Source of the DNA: Epithemia pelagica
Taxonomy: Eukaryota; Protista; Bacillariophyta
Length of the DNA: 64,000 nt
Assembly (NCBI GenBank): GCA_946965045.2
Contig: OX337235.1
Span: forward strand, 1,922,001-1,986,000
Direction: 5' to 3'
Every line of letters starts with the position of its first letter. Position 1 is the stretch's first letter. A model generated the notes under the pieces. That model worked only from the letters and a program-made list of their open reading frames with translations, was not told the DNA's origin and searched no databases. A program made the translations under genes and the position numbers. Of the stretch, positions 40,157 through 51,663 are shown piece by piece.

Positions 40157-40539
40157 GGTAGTACCTGTTGATGCGGGTAAAGTCACAGTATACCAACTGA
40201 ATTGGCCCCAAACAAGCAATTTTATATCAAGGACAGTAGGCTCCAATGTTTTTGTTTCGCTGACTTTCTTTGCAGCGATGAACGAGCTTGTGGCAGACAG
40301 TGCTCTGTTGTTGTTGATTGTGCACAAAAACCGCACGAAAGTTGGGGCCAATAGCTAAAATAATAGGGTAGCTACCCCCTTCTAAAAAAGGATAGTCTAT
40401 CACACAGCTTTAGCCTCGCAGAATAAAAACAATAGAGGTTGATGTCGAAACGAACAACGTAGGTCTAGAAAGAAGCTTCCAATAAACCAAAGATTCGATT
40501 GCGAAACTACCCAGATCTCTCTAGAGCCCCCACCGTCTT

Positions 40540-41304
40540 TTACAGATCTGCGAGATTCTCCCAAAGTTCGTCCGGATTCTCGGGGTCAAACCAGATTGCT
40601 CGAACACCATGTCTTTGTGCAATATAAATGTTCATTTGACTGTCATCAATCAGCAAAATGTCGTCCAAAGGAACGTCTAGATTCGCTAGGTGTAATTGTT
40701 TGCCTTTCCACATTGCCGTCCGCGGTAAAAAGGCTTGGACTGGTATGGATTGTGCGTTGAAACAAGCAGACGAATCATGGTTTAACGCAATGTCGTAGAG
40801 AGCTGCTCGAATAACGTCGGCTTGCGAGCTAAAGCTAACAATGGCAACGGAAATATTGTTTTGCGTCAAGGCTCGAAGCAGACGGCGAAACTGCGGTCGA
40901 ATAAAGGGGGCGATTGATTCTGGATCGCGCCACCACATTCCTTCCGTGTGAATGTCAATGAGAGTTTGATCAAAATCAATCGCTACCATCTTCACACCCG
41001 TGTGTTTCAAATGTCGTACAATTGTCTGTACTTTGTCGGTCGATTCAAACGGTTGGCTACCCTTCTTTGTTCGTTGGGAATCTCCCCGGGCTTCCTGGTT
41101 GGAATTTCCCTCACATGCAGCAACGCAAGAGGATGTCGTTGTGGTGGCTGGTACCATGTAGTTATATCGTTCGCCATGGAACACCAGCAGAAATAGCCTG
41201 CAAGGACGAGGGAAAACAACAGATTCTTGGCACTCCGTTGCACAGGCGGCAGCGATGATGGTCCGCCCGACCAGAACAGAGACCTCATCCTCATAGGGTT
41301 GCAT
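40540..41304 (-). CDS. HAD-superfamily hydrolase/phosphatase (start uncertain: 41304 or 41157)
   Basis: Motif I VAIDFDQTL, motif II IVSF, motif III GKQLH, motif IV LLIDDS. Confidence 0.85.
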   Translation of the reverse strand: MQPYEDEVSVLVGRTIIAAACATECQESVVFPRPCRLFLLVFHGERYNYMVPATTTTSSCVAACEGNSNQEARGDSQRTKKGSQPFESTDKVQTIVRHLKHTGVKMVAIDFDQTLIDIHTEGMWWRDPESIAPFIRPQFRRLLRALTQNNISVAIVSFSSQADVIRAALYDIALNHDSSACFNAQSIPVQAFLPRTAMWKGKQLHLANLDVPLDDILLIDDSQMNIYIAQRHGVRAIWFDPENPDELWENLADL

Positions 41305-41957
41305 TCATTGTCGCAATGTCTGGGGTTGGTTGGTGATGGAGAAGGTTTGCAAGACTGTCGTTCCGTAGCAGCAGCATGTGGGCGATGAGCTATGCCTGAA
41401 GATCCAACAAGAAAGTTTGCGGGCTGTTGCTGTGTCCATGGTCGATAACAGCTAGCCGAATCGACCGTGTTTCGATTACGCTTGTTGCAGGTTGTGAATG
41501 CTCTTCGAACGAACAACGACCACATCCCGTCTTTGGTCTTTAAAGAAGATGCATCCACCATCCACCCATCAGTGAGAAAGATGAGACGTGCGCGACTGCG
41601 GGGGGGATGGGCCAGAAAATGCGACTGCGACTGCGCGGCAAGCGGCGCGCCCACACGCACGATTGGCGCCCTCCTCGACCATTGCCCTCCTCGTCATTCT
41701 ACCCTCCGCGCCGGGCGGTCCCTCCTTGAGAGGACTCGACACCGGGAAGTATTAATACTATTTCTTTGGTGCACACAAATAAATGCTCTGCTGTCTTTTC
41801 CGTCGCAAATCACACAACAGGCAAAAGTCCCGTTTGTGTCAAGAAGACGGAGAGTTGCTTGTTTTGTTCCGAGTCATCTCACTTCTCGTTACAGAGCCTT
41901 GAATTGGTCGTTAGAGAGAAAGAAGGAGCATGAACAGCGACTTTTCACAAGTTGCAC

Positions 41958-42353
41958 ATGAGTAACCTCGCAAAGGAAAAATATTTTTCGGACCAATGTC
42001 CCGAATGCACGATACTGGCTATCTCCAGTATGATAGCAAACCTTGCGAAATCACTAGAAGATATTGCCATTACCATTCTCTTGGTACTGTTGGCAAGACA
42101 GGTTTATAATGCTCTTGTTCGTTGGCAACAACGCAAGGTAAATCAATCATACCACCAACATCATTATCGCGGTGAAATTAAATATACTCTCTTGCGAGGC
42201 ACTGCAAGGTCAGCCTATCCCCTGGCTGTCATTCCAGAACTTGAAGAAAACGACGACGACGACGACGAAATAGATAGTCTCGAAAAAGATTTGAACGGCG
42301 AATGGCTGCAATCGTTCCCAATACGGAGAGGAACTCCAACCAACAAGCTCTAG
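41958..42353 (+). CDS. Small single-TM protein with acidic tail and LxxIxE motif
   Basis: IAITILLVLLA hydrophobic segment, basic stop-transfer RWQQRK, then LAVIPELEENDDDDDE. Confidence 0.55.
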   Translation: MSNLAKEKYFSDQCPECTILAISSMIANLAKSLEDIAITILLVLLARQVYNALVRWQQRKVNQSYHQHHYRGEIKYTLLRGTARSAYPLAVIPELEENDDDDDEIDSLEKDLNGEWLQSFPIRRGTPTNKL

Positions 42354-42512
42354 CGGAGAGAAGGATAGGAAACAAACAGCAACCTGTTGGACTAATCTAC
42401 TGAGATTTGTTCTATTATTAGTCGTCATGGAAGATATGGATAAACTTCGGTGCTAGCTTAGAACATGAAACGTTCGAATGGAAAATTTCATTAACTCTTA
42501 TGCAAGTACCCA

Positions 42513-44825
42513 CTACGGAGGACCATCCCTCGCTTCTTCATGGTCGCTGTAATCGCTACTTCCTATTTGTCGCCGAAGATCATCAAATTCATCGATCGTA
42601 TGCGTGCTACGAAAGCTTTTCTTTGACTCCATATCCAAACTCAGGACTGGAGAGAAAGAATCACCGCCAGCTCTCACGACGTCTTCATCTTCACCTGGCA
42701 GAATGTCTCCTTCGTCAGCCGAAACTAGCTGAGCAATTGGCGGCAATACTGTCATTTTATCTTGCTCCAAATCAAATGCATGAACCAAGGCGCATAGGTC
42801 GTCATGAGAAATCGCAACAAGTTGTAGGTAGTATCGCTTCAATTCTCGAGTGATTTTTACGCCAATTTCCGAAGTTGCAGGCGAGTCCAACCACATTCGA
42901 CATGAAGAGCTTAACTTCTCCAACAAGGTTGACACAAGCTCGATTGTCCGTTGTATTTGATGAGATTCCACCTGCAACCTTTTCTTACTGGGCCATTCCT
43001 TGGGGGCGGTCGACACACTTAAATTTGAAGTCATGGGCGTGTCTGCTGATTCTGATGGAAGCGTGAATACAGACGTGTCCCCACCATTATGCCGGTGGGG
43101 TTCAGGTGTGTTAAGGGTTGCCGCGAACTTCATTTCGTGACGTAACGAACTATCAATTTTCCATCGTCCCTGCATTTTGGCATCTAGCAACATACTGCTT
43201 GTTTGTTGCTCAGCAAGAGGAATTGCCATAAGCACAAGCGTATTACAAAAATGCAAAGCTTGGTATAGATCACTGTGAGTTTCGGAGTAGAGCGGTAGAT
43301 GTTGGGGACTTATGGCAAGGAAATCATCAGGACGCGCAATTCCTCGAATTTCGTCCATTATGGCTGTCAACTTTATCGACAACTTTCGGCGGTTATCAAC
43401 AGAGAAACCAGTCAAAATTCCTTCCTTAGACACATCTGTTTTGACAAACCAATCTCCCATTTCTTGAGTCACGTCTCTACCGGCATCTTCCACCTGCACC
43501 ACTAGATCGATGTCATCTTGCAGTCTTTCCACTGCCGCAGCAACCAAGTCTTCACGGGAACAACGCTGATTCTTTACCTTTTGACTTACAAGACTTTCAT
43601 CTGTTCCGTCTTGGTGAAAGTGGGGTGCATCAGCATAGTTTACATGATTTCCATCTGGGACAGACAAGCTCATCGCTGAGATGTGAGTTTGATCAGATGG
43701 ATTTGCCAGAACCACTTCGTTCACGTGGTTCCCTGTGTGGAAAGACGCATCGTGTACCGGTGCGAAATCATATCGCTCATTTCCATAGTCTTGTTTATTT
43801 TGCGCTGAGGGAATGAGGCCCATACGGGACGAAACTGATACGTCAGCTTCATCAATCTCTTCCCCACGTGTACAAGGCCAGTGATCCGAGGTTTCCAGAA
43901 AGCGCTGACCCATAAGTGAGGACGCAGACGCGACCTGAAGACTTGTTTCTAGCGCGCGTTTGGCCATGGAGGAAGGGGATGCCTCAACCAAGCTACTGTT
44001 TGCTGTCACTGGGCTACATGCAGTCTTGAGTCTACCTTTTGGAGGAGGGGTTCTTGATTGCTGAATAGGATCCTTATCCAAGGGATAATATGGCTGTTCG
44101 TCCTCGTACGCGGTCCTGCTGGTAAACTCTTCTAGATGATGTTCACTCTTGTAGCCCCATTCTTCATTGGAATGAACTTGCGGCAGCCCAGGACCATCTG
44201 CATCCCCTTCGTAGCCACCTGTACTGGCACTGGAAGCTGCTGCCAGCAGCGGTGGGTAATTCGAACTATTGGATATCTTGTTGTGCTGTTTCGCAACAAG
44301 CGCGCCTACTGCCGTCTTCGCCTTTCCGGGCAACAACGCGGGCGATTCAGCTACGCGATTTTCTCTTGCCGACTGCTTTGAGTAAAACCCATTAGTGCTC
44401 ACAGCGGGAGAGTAGAGAAGCTGGTCCATGCTGCCTGTTTGCCTTGGAATCGACCAACTTGAACTGGGAACAGGTGGGAGAAGGTTATTGTTCGTAGCGG
44501 AACTCTTCTCGACCAGAAAAGGTCTAATATCCGGCGGTGGAACATGGTCTGAAGACTGGTGATTTTCTGGTTCTTCTCTGGAATCCAGGCCGAGCTCTTG
44601 GCGTATCATGGACGCGGAAGGACGTGTGCGGAGTCCCTCGGGCGTATGCGGTTCCCTCATCACCGGAACATGAATAAAATCAGAAGTAGTCGAAGCGTGT
44701 TCGTCTCGTTGCTCAGTTTCCCGAGGTTGCCATACAGCAGGTCGAGTAGGGGAGGTGAGTTCAGGGTTTTGGTCGTTCCGATTGGTCAGCGATGAACGGA
44801 CCCAGGGTAGGTTGAAATAAGACAT
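42513..44825 (-). CDS. Hypothetical protein (770 aa): disordered N-half, helical C-terminal region
   Basis: Long uninterrupted ATG-initiated ORF; no motif recognised. Confidence 0.8.
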   Translation of the reverse strand: MSYFNLPWVRSSLTNRNDQNPELTSPTRPAVWQPRETEQRDEHASTTSDFIHVPVMREPHTPEGLRTRPSASMIRQELGLDSREEPENHQSSDHVPPPDIRPFLVEKSSATNNNLLPPVPSSSWSIPRQTGSMDQLLYSPAVSTNGFYSKQSARENRVAESPALLPGKAKTAVGALVAKQHNKISNSSNYPPLLAAASSASTGGYEGDADGPGLPQVHSNEEWGYKSEHHLEEFTSRTAYEDEQPYYPLDKDPIQQSRTPPPKGRLKTACSPVTANSSLVEASPSSMAKRALETSLQVASASSLMGQRFLETSDHWPCTRGEEIDEADVSVSSRMGLIPSAQNKQDYGNERYDFAPVHDASFHTGNHVNEVVLANPSDQTHISAMSLSVPDGNHVNYADAPHFHQDGTDESLVSQKVKNQRCSREDLVAAAVERLQDDIDLVVQVEDAGRDVTQEMGDWFVKTDVSKEGILTGFSVDNRRKLSIKLTAIMDEIRGIARPDDFLAISPQHLPLYSETHSDLYQALHFCNTLVLMAIPLAEQQTSSMLLDAKMQGRWKIDSSLRHEMKFAATLNTPEPHRHNGGDTSVFTLPSESADTPMTSNLSVSTAPKEWPSKKRLQVESHQIQRTIELVSTLLEKLSSSCRMWLDSPATSEIGVKITRELKRYYLQLVAISHDDLCALVHAFDLEQDKMTVLPPIAQLVSADEGDILPGEDEDVVRAGGDSFSPVLSLDMESKKSFRSTHTIDEFDDLRRQIGSSDYSDHEEARDGPP

Positions 44826-45450
44826 TGTTGGACGTCTGTGTGCGTGGATGTACCGTTTTCAACTTGTGAGATATTTTCTTGTGCCAGAAAAGTTGAAGAG
44901 GTTGGAGATGTCGACATTCTCCGACTTGCGAGTCTGAACCAGCGAAGTGTTGGAGTTTTTGCGGCTAGTTCTCAGTTGAGGGAGTTGAAAGATATCGCAG
45001 GAATCTCAATTTGTTACTCCATGTGAACAATTTGGAGACGCCATGCGACTTTTAACGGTGGAGATGTCACGTCATTGAGCCATTCCGATCTTTTCAATGC
45101 AAAACATAAGTGTTCCACGAATGATCGCGCACCTGGAACATATCACGCGCGCCGAGCTCCTGGAAAAGCACGCCACGCAACTTCGCAACAGGGATGACCT
45201 TCATGCGACTATTGTGCGTTCTCTGGGTTCTGAGTGGGTTCATGCCAATGCGGGAGACGAAGTCTTAAGTCATCATGCTTGTCGATGATTAGACACATCA
45301 AGATATGCAAACATGGAAACATATAGTAATGAATAAACTTAAGCAAGTTTAATAATATAGATGAGCACATGAACTACAGCTTAGCAAGAAATCGATCTGC
45401 CTTTTGATGCAACCTGGACAATGACAAGTACAAGAGCGTCACCTGTCATG

Positions 45451-45816
45451 TCATCGCCAGGAGTGACTCCTTGGCTTTTGATGAAGCATCATCAAATTTT
45501 CTGATTCTGGAATCGTTGGTAAAATGGGGACACTGGCTGCACGGCGATGACGTAACGAGATACGTGGCTTTCGTTGAATAAGCTGTGCACGGTCGTTTTG
45601 GAAGCTGAATCTTTCGCCCGACCTTTCTTGTCTGTGAGATCGGCACTTGTCCGATTCACGAGGATCCGTGGAAAGAGTTTGCGACGGTCTCCTGTGGGCT
45701 TTGAGCGGACTCCGTGGAAAAGAACCACTAGCGTGTATGCTGCAACATACAATAAGAGCAAGGACTAGTAGATGGTCCAAGCCTGACCAGAGAAGGTTCG
45801 TTGGCAATAGGAACAT
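45451..45816 (-). CDS. Small protein (121 aa) with hydrophobic leader and Arg/Ser-rich tail
   Basis: LDHLLVLALIVCC leader; LPTIPE near the C-terminus. Confidence 0.45.
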   Translation of the reverse strand: MFLLPTNLLWSGLDHLLVLALIVCCSIHASGSFPRSPLKAHRRPSQTLSTDPRESDKCRSHRQERSGERFSFQNDRAQLIQRKPRISLRHRRAASVPILPTIPESENLMMLHQKPRSHSWR

Positions 45817-46770
45817 AGTGTAGACGAGGTACAAACGTTATGACTGAAGACAATATTCTGGATAGGGGAGAAGGACAAAGAGCATTTTTATGACAAGATG
45901 ATCATCTTCAGTTATATAAATCCGACAACAACTTGTGGTTACAGTCACCGGAACAGTGTGATGATTCTTTGGTTGGGAGTAAAGAGAAAACGGGACATGA
46001 AAATCTCAAAGAACATGTGCACTTCTCGCGCGTTTCGAGGGTCTTGGGAAGGATAAGTGGTCCTGCGTTGATTGGCACACGGGAATCAATATTGGCCAAT
46101 AGAAATACCTACCTAGATCGCTCGAAGAGTAATTTCTACAATAGATTAAATAGTACCTTCCGGGACCTACTGACGCGGGACAGGAACAATCCGTCATAGG
46201 AGGTAGGAGTAGGTATTTACTGCGGAGTACTCGAGGATAAAGTACTACTCCTAGGTCGGATTCTTTGATTGCCAAAGTCAAATCTTTCTTGATGAAGATA
46301 ATCAAGTGCTTCCGAGCTGATTGCAACTAAAGTGGGCCAAAAAAATGATAGAAGCTTAGTAGTTTAACGAAGTTGCCGTGGATGCCGATTTACCGCTTCG
46401 CAAACAAGTCAGAGTTTACGATGATACGTGACACCCGACAGAATCCTTAATATGCCACAACTGTGACCTTCGTGAATCTGCGCCTCGAAGAAGAGTGTGC
46501 AACGGTCCATTGTTGCCAGAAAATTGAATGGATAAGAGCTGAATTGCTGAGAGCCACAAAGAATGACGGGAGTCACAGACTCCTTATCAGCAGTCCATGT
46601 ACAGCAACCAATGACATCATGTCGTGAGTAGCAATGAGACTGAGGGTCAACTTATGCGTGTGAACTCGATCGTTGCGATGTTCTCGAGGCATCTTGACTG
46701 TCGTAGTGACATCTTGTATGTTTGAACTCCAAGCGAACCGAACGTCTGAAAATAGCAATAGTCCTTGTTT

Positions 46771-47700
46771 TTAATGAAAGACGGGTCGTACGATTTTGAG
46801 ACTCGTCTCGTAGGCACCGAAAAAGACAAACCCTCCCAGGGAAATCCAAAAGACACGTGGCTGGATACCATTAAAGAGTGCGAAAAAACCTTCGTTTTGT
46901 ACCGTACGTTGGAGCACATCCACCACACCCTTGTACCTGTAGTTGTTGGCATCCTGGCCCAACATGTACCGTGTCTTTAAAACATCCAGAGGCGTCGTGG
47001 CCGCACCAGCAATCGCTCCCGACAGAGATCCACAACCGGCGGCAATGAATGGTGAAGTCCCTTGGCCGCCGTTGAAAGTATCACTCCACCAAACCTTGGC
47101 CTTTTCGTACAAGGGAAATTGAATCATGGCAAAGGGAATCTCACGAAATAATGTAATGCCAAATCCGCGATACAATCCAGCCAGCCCAGCTGGTTTATTT
47201 TGAGCAGCGGTTGATCCAGAAAGCGGTTCATTCCAAACCGTTACCACAGTTTCCCAGATGCTGAGTTGCGATGAAGACGATGCCGTTTGCATGCGTCCTT
47301 TCACCACTTCGGTCGGTACGCGCACCAAACACGCCATGACTTCCCCTGCACTGGCAGCTATCATATGAATAGAGGCGTCGCTGAGTTGTGTCCATGACTG
47401 GGAACCGGCCAGGACATGTTTGCACCGTTCATAGGTGGAGAAAAAGAGGGCGGCACCGGGAGCAGATCCCAATGCCACGGCTCCCAATCCTTGATATATG
47501 CCACGAAAACCACCTGCCTTCCAAAATCCTCCCGGTGCTTGCAATCGAGTTTTGATGGTATCAATGGGATACAGCGCGACATCCACCGAGGTGCCCGCCA
47601 TGCCACCGGCGATCAAGGACGAAACAAACGACGGCGTGGACGGCAAAGGCGACGGACGTTGCGGCGACGGCAATGACTGGTCATTTGTTGTTGTTTCCAT
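46771..47700 (-). CDS. SAMC: Mitochondrial carrier, S-adenosylmethionine carrier type (SLC25A26/PET8-like)
   Basis: Three signature repeats PIDTIKTRLQ, PTEVVKGRMQ, PLDVLKTRYM; GSAPGAALFF and REIPF are typical of SAM carriers. Confidence 0.9.
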   Translation of the reverse strand: METTTNDQSLPSPQRPSPLPSTPSFVSSLIAGGMAGTSVDVALYPIDTIKTRLQAPGGFWKAGGFRGIYQGLGAVALGSAPGAALFFSTYERCKHVLAGSQSWTQLSDASIHMIAASAGEVMACLVRVPTEVVKGRMQTASSSSQLSIWETVVTVWNEPLSGSTAAQNKPAGLAGLYRGFGITLFREIPFAMIQFPLYEKAKVWWSDTFNGGQGTSPFIAAGCGSLSGAIAGAATTPLDVLKTRYMLGQDANNYRYKGVVDVLQRTVQNEGFFALFNGIQPRVFWISLGGFVFFGAYETSLKIVRPVFH

Positions 47701-48610
47701 TTTGACGTCAAATACCTAAACACTAACCAAAACCAACCGACCACCGCGGGTGTTGGTGTTGGCGTCGTTGGATGGTCGTCGTTGGATGGTGGAAGAAAAT
47801 TTCTGCCGTGAGAATGACAGACAAACGAAAATGTCTGTTAAAGTTCACCGACTTTTCCGTCGGTAAATGTGCCAGTTCACATAAAAATCCGGGCCGTTTT
47901 TGAACAGTGCGTGTCCAGAAAGAGACAACTTGTCAGTCCACTTTCTTCGATCTATCTTTGTCTATTTGACCTGTTCTGGAGATTCCAATGAGTATTTGTC
48001 AGGCAAATACGACAAAAAAGCAATATGGAATATGGATGGATGCCAGGTGATATCGATGCAGTGAAAATAATCCGTTTCTGCGGTGGGCCCCCATCTCGAT
48101 GCTAGTATGCTGTACATTGTTGCATCAATTCTGCTGACAGTGAGCTCTACAAACAATTTCCACGGTACTTTCAACTTGTTCTTTCACCCCTACCAGTATC
48201 TGGGACGATAGCGATAGATATGCCATAGAGCATGCCTCGTCTTTGGCCATGAAACATGAACATGTTTTCTTTGCGAGAAGCTATTGATGACAAGACGTCC
48301 AAACAATGTTTTGGCCTCTGTCTGATTGTTGGTTCAGATGCAACCATGCGCGAGATGGAAACCGTTTCCACCGAGATGCACTGTAGAAGATTAGATGTTC
48401 CAAAAGAATAGTCTTGCTTTTTCTGCGTCATGAGTTTTCCTCCAGCACCTTCATGCACGACTTGGGAAAATCCCGCAGCTTCTCTCACGCCACAAGTCTT
48501 GGAATAGGTTGAGTTGCCTTGGGTGTCGAAAACTAGCTTGAGCCATGTCACAATTCGCTTAAAAGAAACCAACCTCCAATTACCGTAATCCAAACATGCT
48601 TTCGACGATA

Positions 48611-48985
48611 ATGTTTTCATCTCCCATGTCGGTCTTGGTGATGGTAATGGACCACGCACTGGTTCTTGTGCTTGTCATTCTAGGGGCTCTCATGGCCACT
48701 ACCGGTGGCACCTTGACGACGGAATTTTCATGCCGCTCGAGATGGAGTCCCAGTCCTCATTCGTCCTCGTGTTTTTCCTTTCCCCATCGCATTTTTGGAC
48801 CTCGCGTCACGTTTCTGAAAAAACCAAAACGACACAGTTTGGAGGACCACTCGTATTCCGACGAGCCGTCCAGTTCTTGGGACTCCTCGTTTCGACGGAG
48901 CCGCATGGGGGCATCGCTGCGAATGTTTGGTGGCTCCAGTTCGACGAGAAGACGACGAAGCAACAATCATCGACGTATCCCTTGA
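48611..48985 (+). CDS. Small protein with hydrophobic leader and basic Ser/Arg-rich tail
   Basis: DHALVLVLVILGALMATTGG matches the 27198 ORF leader; CRSRWSPSP matches a motif in the 29383 ORF. Confidence 0.55.
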   Translation: MFSSPMSVLVMVMDHALVLVLVILGALMATTGGTLTTEFSCRSRWSPSPHSSSCFSFPHRIFGPRVTFLKKPKRHSLEDHSYSDEPSSSWDSSFRRSRMGASLRMFGGSSSTRRRRSNNHRRIP

Positions 48986-49639
48986 TCCATCGAGGAGGGC
49001 AAAGTCGACCCCGAACCAAAACTTGGTGAGCTGAGAATTCATTTCACACGATTGGGAGGCGTCGTTGGTCCTTGTGTTGTCCATGACACGGTTCGCATGA
49101 TGCGAGAGCTTTTGCGCGTGGAAATAGGGATGACGCAAGACTCTTTGCAAGGATGGCATAACTTCTAGTAGATCCTTAACGTCTCTGGTGGGGAGAGATT
49201 AGTCAATGCTGGTTCGCCCTCCTTCTCCTTCGTTCTTATCGTTGCGTTGGGCTACGGCTGTGTTTCTATCGCCCATGGTGTTTTTGACGCCACATACAGA
49301 GCAACTTCGGACCTCGTCCGGTGGGGGAGTGGGGGATGCAAACGTCACACCGAAAGCACGACGACCTACTGATTCTTCTATATTAGCACGCCAGCCGCCT
49401 CGCCTCTCCAGATTCTTTGCCCCCATAATCAAAAGCATCATTACTCTGAATCTTTTTTCGACAGCGACCTGAAACAAAACCTGTTCGCTTCGTCGCATCA
49501 TACTGCCACAGCCTCTGTTGCTTCTTTGATTTGAGGAGAGCAGAAACTCGAGCCGAAACGAGAGAACGACACAATTATTTCCCATTTCCCGTTTGTTTGA
49601 TTCGCACTCGTTTTTGTTCTGTTGGCGAAACATTCTGTC

Positions 49640-51313
49640 ATGTTTCCAGTTACGTTCGTTCGCGCTTGGGTGAGCGACGAGACACCCACCGAACTGTTGG
49701 GACAATCCATTTGGATCTTTCTCTTGAGCAAAAGTATTGTGGCAATGACCATGGCATGGGCAACTGTGGCTTTGCAGTGGATGATTCTACGATCCTTCCT
49801 CATCCATACAGATGTGCGACTGTTTAGCACCAGCTGCACCGATGGAGGAGAGCCCATTTGCGAGCCATGGGAACTCAACCAAGGCACCATTGCTCTCGTG
49901 TTTATCATTTTATTGGGTTGGACCTTGGCGGACATGATGACGGGTTGCCATTTTGTCATTGCCGCCTTTCAGTTCCGAAACCCCACGTTGAAACGGGTCC
50001 AGCTACTTCTCGCTGGTATGGTTGCCGTGTCACTGGGGAGTGGAACCTTGTTTTCTGCCTTTCTCCATATCATGGATGATTCCACCAGTGACCTGGAGGC
50101 TCTATTGAATGTGGTCGGAATCTTGTATGTCATGGAATTTGACGATACAATCTTCAAAGCACTGCGGAGACTAGCTCCACATTGGTACAGGAGAATGATG
50201 GACGACATTTCTCGTGAGTTTCCTTCGGGTCTGAATGGAACATCCAAAATGGCTAATGGTGACGGCACTGGAGAGGGAAGAGGGCAAGGATCGTCTCATG
50301 ATCAGGGACATGCTACTGGGGAACCAAGAAATGGGCCAGACGAACCACAACGGCAGCAACCACCTGAAGAAAAAGAAGATGGATCAGCTACAGGGCATAC
50401 CAGTGTCATGACTAGTGATCCCATCATATCATGGCAAACACGCCACCAGCATCCAAATGGACCCCAAATAGTCTTTATCCCAGAAAATTCTCCTCGATCT
50501 CGTCAAGAAAGAGACGAGCAGACGATGCAACAGGGGCCAGAGCAACCCTTCGCCAAGCGTACACCAACTGCGACAAAGAACAAAATCACAAATGATGGAG
50601 CAACCAATGGCACCAAAACGGCCATGAGACCCACGAAAATGGTTGATTCGTCGGGTCCGTCTCTGGCCACAGGTGGTATCACGAACAAACGGGACAACGT
50701 TGCCACACCGACCAATAGTCCAAGACCATCCAAAAAGAGAAACGAAAACATGGGCAGAGTACAGAATGCCTCCCCAAAACAGACTAGTCTAAACCAAGAA
50801 GATATCGAGATGCCGTTTCCTCCATCCAATTCTCAAGTTTCAGGTCAGTTGCCGCCAGTGCCAAGAAGCCCACAGTCACAGCCAGAGATACGCACACGTT
50901 CCCCTGCGAATCCAAATCGAACCTTTGGTCATGCTCCTGTTCCGCTAGATCCATACGTGGACAATGCACCCGTGAAAAATAGTCCTGGTTTTTCTCGTCG
51001 ACAAGAACCAGTGGCTGCTGGTGGCACGAGGAAACAGGAGCAACCTCTCTTGTCCGAATCCAAACCCAACAGAAACAAGTCTCCGGGACCAATACGCAAA
51101 AAGGAAGCCACAAGCCGTCGACGAGTAGAGACCCAACAAGTGTCCCGTGGTAGTGATAGGGACCCTGTTGTTGTTGAGTCACCAGTGTCAACAAAAAGAT
51201 CGCCGACAAGAACCCCCACAAAGGAAAACTATCCAAATACTCTTCCACAGGGACAGCTGAATCTTTCTCCAGACACCACTACCGGTAGTTCCCTTCCGTA
51301 TGTCCCGTACTAA
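49640..51313 (+). CDS. Membrane protein with several N-terminal TM helices and a long disordered C-terminus (5' exon possibly missing)
   Basis: Hydrophobic helices ending in LLNVVGILYVMEFDD, then a P/S/T/R-rich tail. Confidence 0.7.
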   Translation: MFPVTFVRAWVSDETPTELLGQSIWIFLLSKSIVAMTMAWATVALQWMILRSFLIHTDVRLFSTSCTDGGEPICEPWELNQGTIALVFIILLGWTLADMMTGCHFVIAAFQFRNPTLKRVQLLLAGMVAVSLGSGTLFSAFLHIMDDSTSDLEALLNVVGILYVMEFDDTIFKALRRLAPHWYRRMMDDISREFPSGLNGTSKMANGDGTGEGRGQGSSHDQGHATGEPRNGPDEPQRQQPPEEKEDGSATGHTSVMTSDPIISWQTRHQHPNGPQIVFIPENSPRSRQERDEQTMQQGPEQPFAKRTPTATKNKITNDGATNGTKTAMRPTKMVDSSGPSLATGGITNKRDNVATPTNSPRPSKKRNENMGRVQNASPKQTSLNQEDIEMPFPPSNSQVSGQLPPVPRSPQSQPEIRTRSPANPNRTFGHAPVPLDPYVDNAPVKNSPGFSRRQEPVAAGGTRKQEQPLLSESKPNRNKSPGPIRKKEATSRRRVETQQVSRGSDRDPVVVESPVSTKRSPTRTPTKENYPNTLPQGQLNLSPDTTTGSSLPYVPY

Positions 51314-51544
51314 CATCAATTTACTAGGCCATACGTCAAACGACGGATTTGACGGCGGCTTGTGTGGGTGCCGTGATCCATAGCATATTGCAGGTAGCAG
51401 AAAGTGGTAGAGAAGAGCAATTACTCCTAAAAGGAAACTTTGGGACATGCCACCGTGTGAAAGAATCATGGTTTACCATTTGCCATAGATAGCACAAGTG
51501 GTTTCCCTAGGTAGAGGGTTGATCAATATTTTCAAGTTGATCAA

Positions 51545-51663
51545 AAAGAACAACACCCGGGATTCCAACGTGGTCCCCCACCGTAGTACTAACCGGGCCC
51601 GACGATGCTTAACTTCGCTGAGCAGACGGGAAGCGGTGCTGTCATCGTGGTATGGTCGTTCCT
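51545..51663 (-). rRNA. 5S: Nuclear 5S rRNA gene, single copy in the window
   Basis: Minus strand reads AGGAACGAC-CATACC...GCTTCCCGTCTGCTC...GAAGTTAAGC...GGTTAGTACTAC...GGGGGACC...GGAATCCC...GTTGTTC-TTTTT. This gives conserved 5S loops, helix I pairing of the ends and a Pol III T-run terminator. Confidence 0.95.
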
